A stretch of DNA of 62,950 bases, filler included, from Octopus bimaculoides (taxonomy: Eukaryota), in assembly GCF_001194135.2 (NCBI RefSeq). It is 5 parts of 5 records of this genome, joined end to end, with 100 filler letters (N's around TTAATTAATTAA, not from the genome) between each part and the next. Parts side by side here need not be neighbours in the genome. Positions count along the whole stretch, not along the records: positions 61,640 to 62,950 come from NC_068986.1; 4 more parts are not named here. The stretch is one strand, 5' to 3'. The position numbers were made by a program, and so were the translations under genes. Positions 62,029 to 62,950 of the stretch are shown here, piece after piece (the first letter of the stretch is position 1; each line of letters opens with the position of its first letter). The notes below the pieces were generated by a model. It was given only the letters and a program-made list of their open reading frames with translations, was not told where the DNA came from and searched no databases.

Positions 62029-62123
62029 ATATATGGGTGTATATATGCAAAATTATGTACATATATGTGTGTGTGCAGTATAAAATAATATGGGTGACTA
62101 GACGCAATATAAAACCAAAAATG

Positions 62124-62206
<83 letters not shown>

Positions 62207-62290
62207 GCATATACTTATATATATATATGTATATATATTTATATATATGCATGCATACATATATATATATATATGCACACATATGTAGGT
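61975..62290. repeat. Compound (TG)n/(TA)n microsatellite field
   Basis: Direct reading; source of the YI/CV/HT ORFs. Confidence 0.95.
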
Positions 62291-62902
62291 TTGTATTTAT
62301 GTATATATGTATGTATACATATGTGTATGGATATTTATATAAGCATATATATGTGTGTGTGTGTGTGCATGTGTGTATGTATATTTTGTTACGAATAATG
62401 ATATATGTATATATATGTGTACTTTGTTCAAGCTAATTATATATATATATGTGCATATTTTTATATATAGACTTTTTTGTTTTTCAATATAGTCTTGTAG
62501 ACATCAATGTGGTAAACGATGATTATAAGCAATGAGTCAACAACATATTTATAGGTGTCTGTGTGTGTGTGTGTGTGTATGTGTGTGTTTCTACGTACAT
62601 ACATATATACCACATGAATACATTCATAAATGCATACGCAGACAGACACAGATACAGACAAACACGCACACACACATGCGCACGCACACACAGACACACA
62701 TATACACACATATGTACATATACATGTACACACGTACAGAAACCCATAAACAAACGCACAAACATGGTGACCCAAAAGTCCTTACGGAGGTCAGCTGAGT
62801 TCGGGTACATCTCACACACCTCCACCGCACTGCTTCCTCACATTATTTATCCAGAACAATCTTATATTTCAACGTTGACAATTTTCTAACATACAATGTA
62901 AG

Positions 62903-62950
<48 letters not shown>

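Overview
AT-rich, gap-ridden animal genomic DNA. The SINE/LINE families point to an octopus (inference from recalled family sequences). One protein-coding gene is well supported: five + strand exons (1530-1667, 5520-5660, 8015-8164, 9027-9125, 13632-13815) splice into one open frame that matches the C-terminal half of the cap2 2'-O-methyltransferase CMTR2; a candidate last exon lies at 18094-18164. Most of the remainder is decayed mobile DNA: three tRNA-derived SINE families, RTE and CR1/L2-type LINE fragments, mariner, Tc1 and maT/DD37D-like transposase relics, and microsatellites. Most long ORFs in the supplied track are N-gap or microsatellite artefacts. I found no intact novel multi-gene system. 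The most unusual structures are (1) a 22-bp minisatellite amplified from the codons of an RT catalytic (YADD) motif at about 32.3-32.6 kb, (2) a direct-plus-inverted repeat cassette with two TGACGTCA sites and an unidentified decayed reading frame inside a Tc1 relic at about 19.0-19.9 kb, (3) closely spaced inverted SINE pairs in CMTR2 introns, and (4) a dense cluster of transcription-factor motifs at about 35.9-36.0 kb. Repeat boundaries are approximate; all homology calls are from recalled sequences, not database searches.
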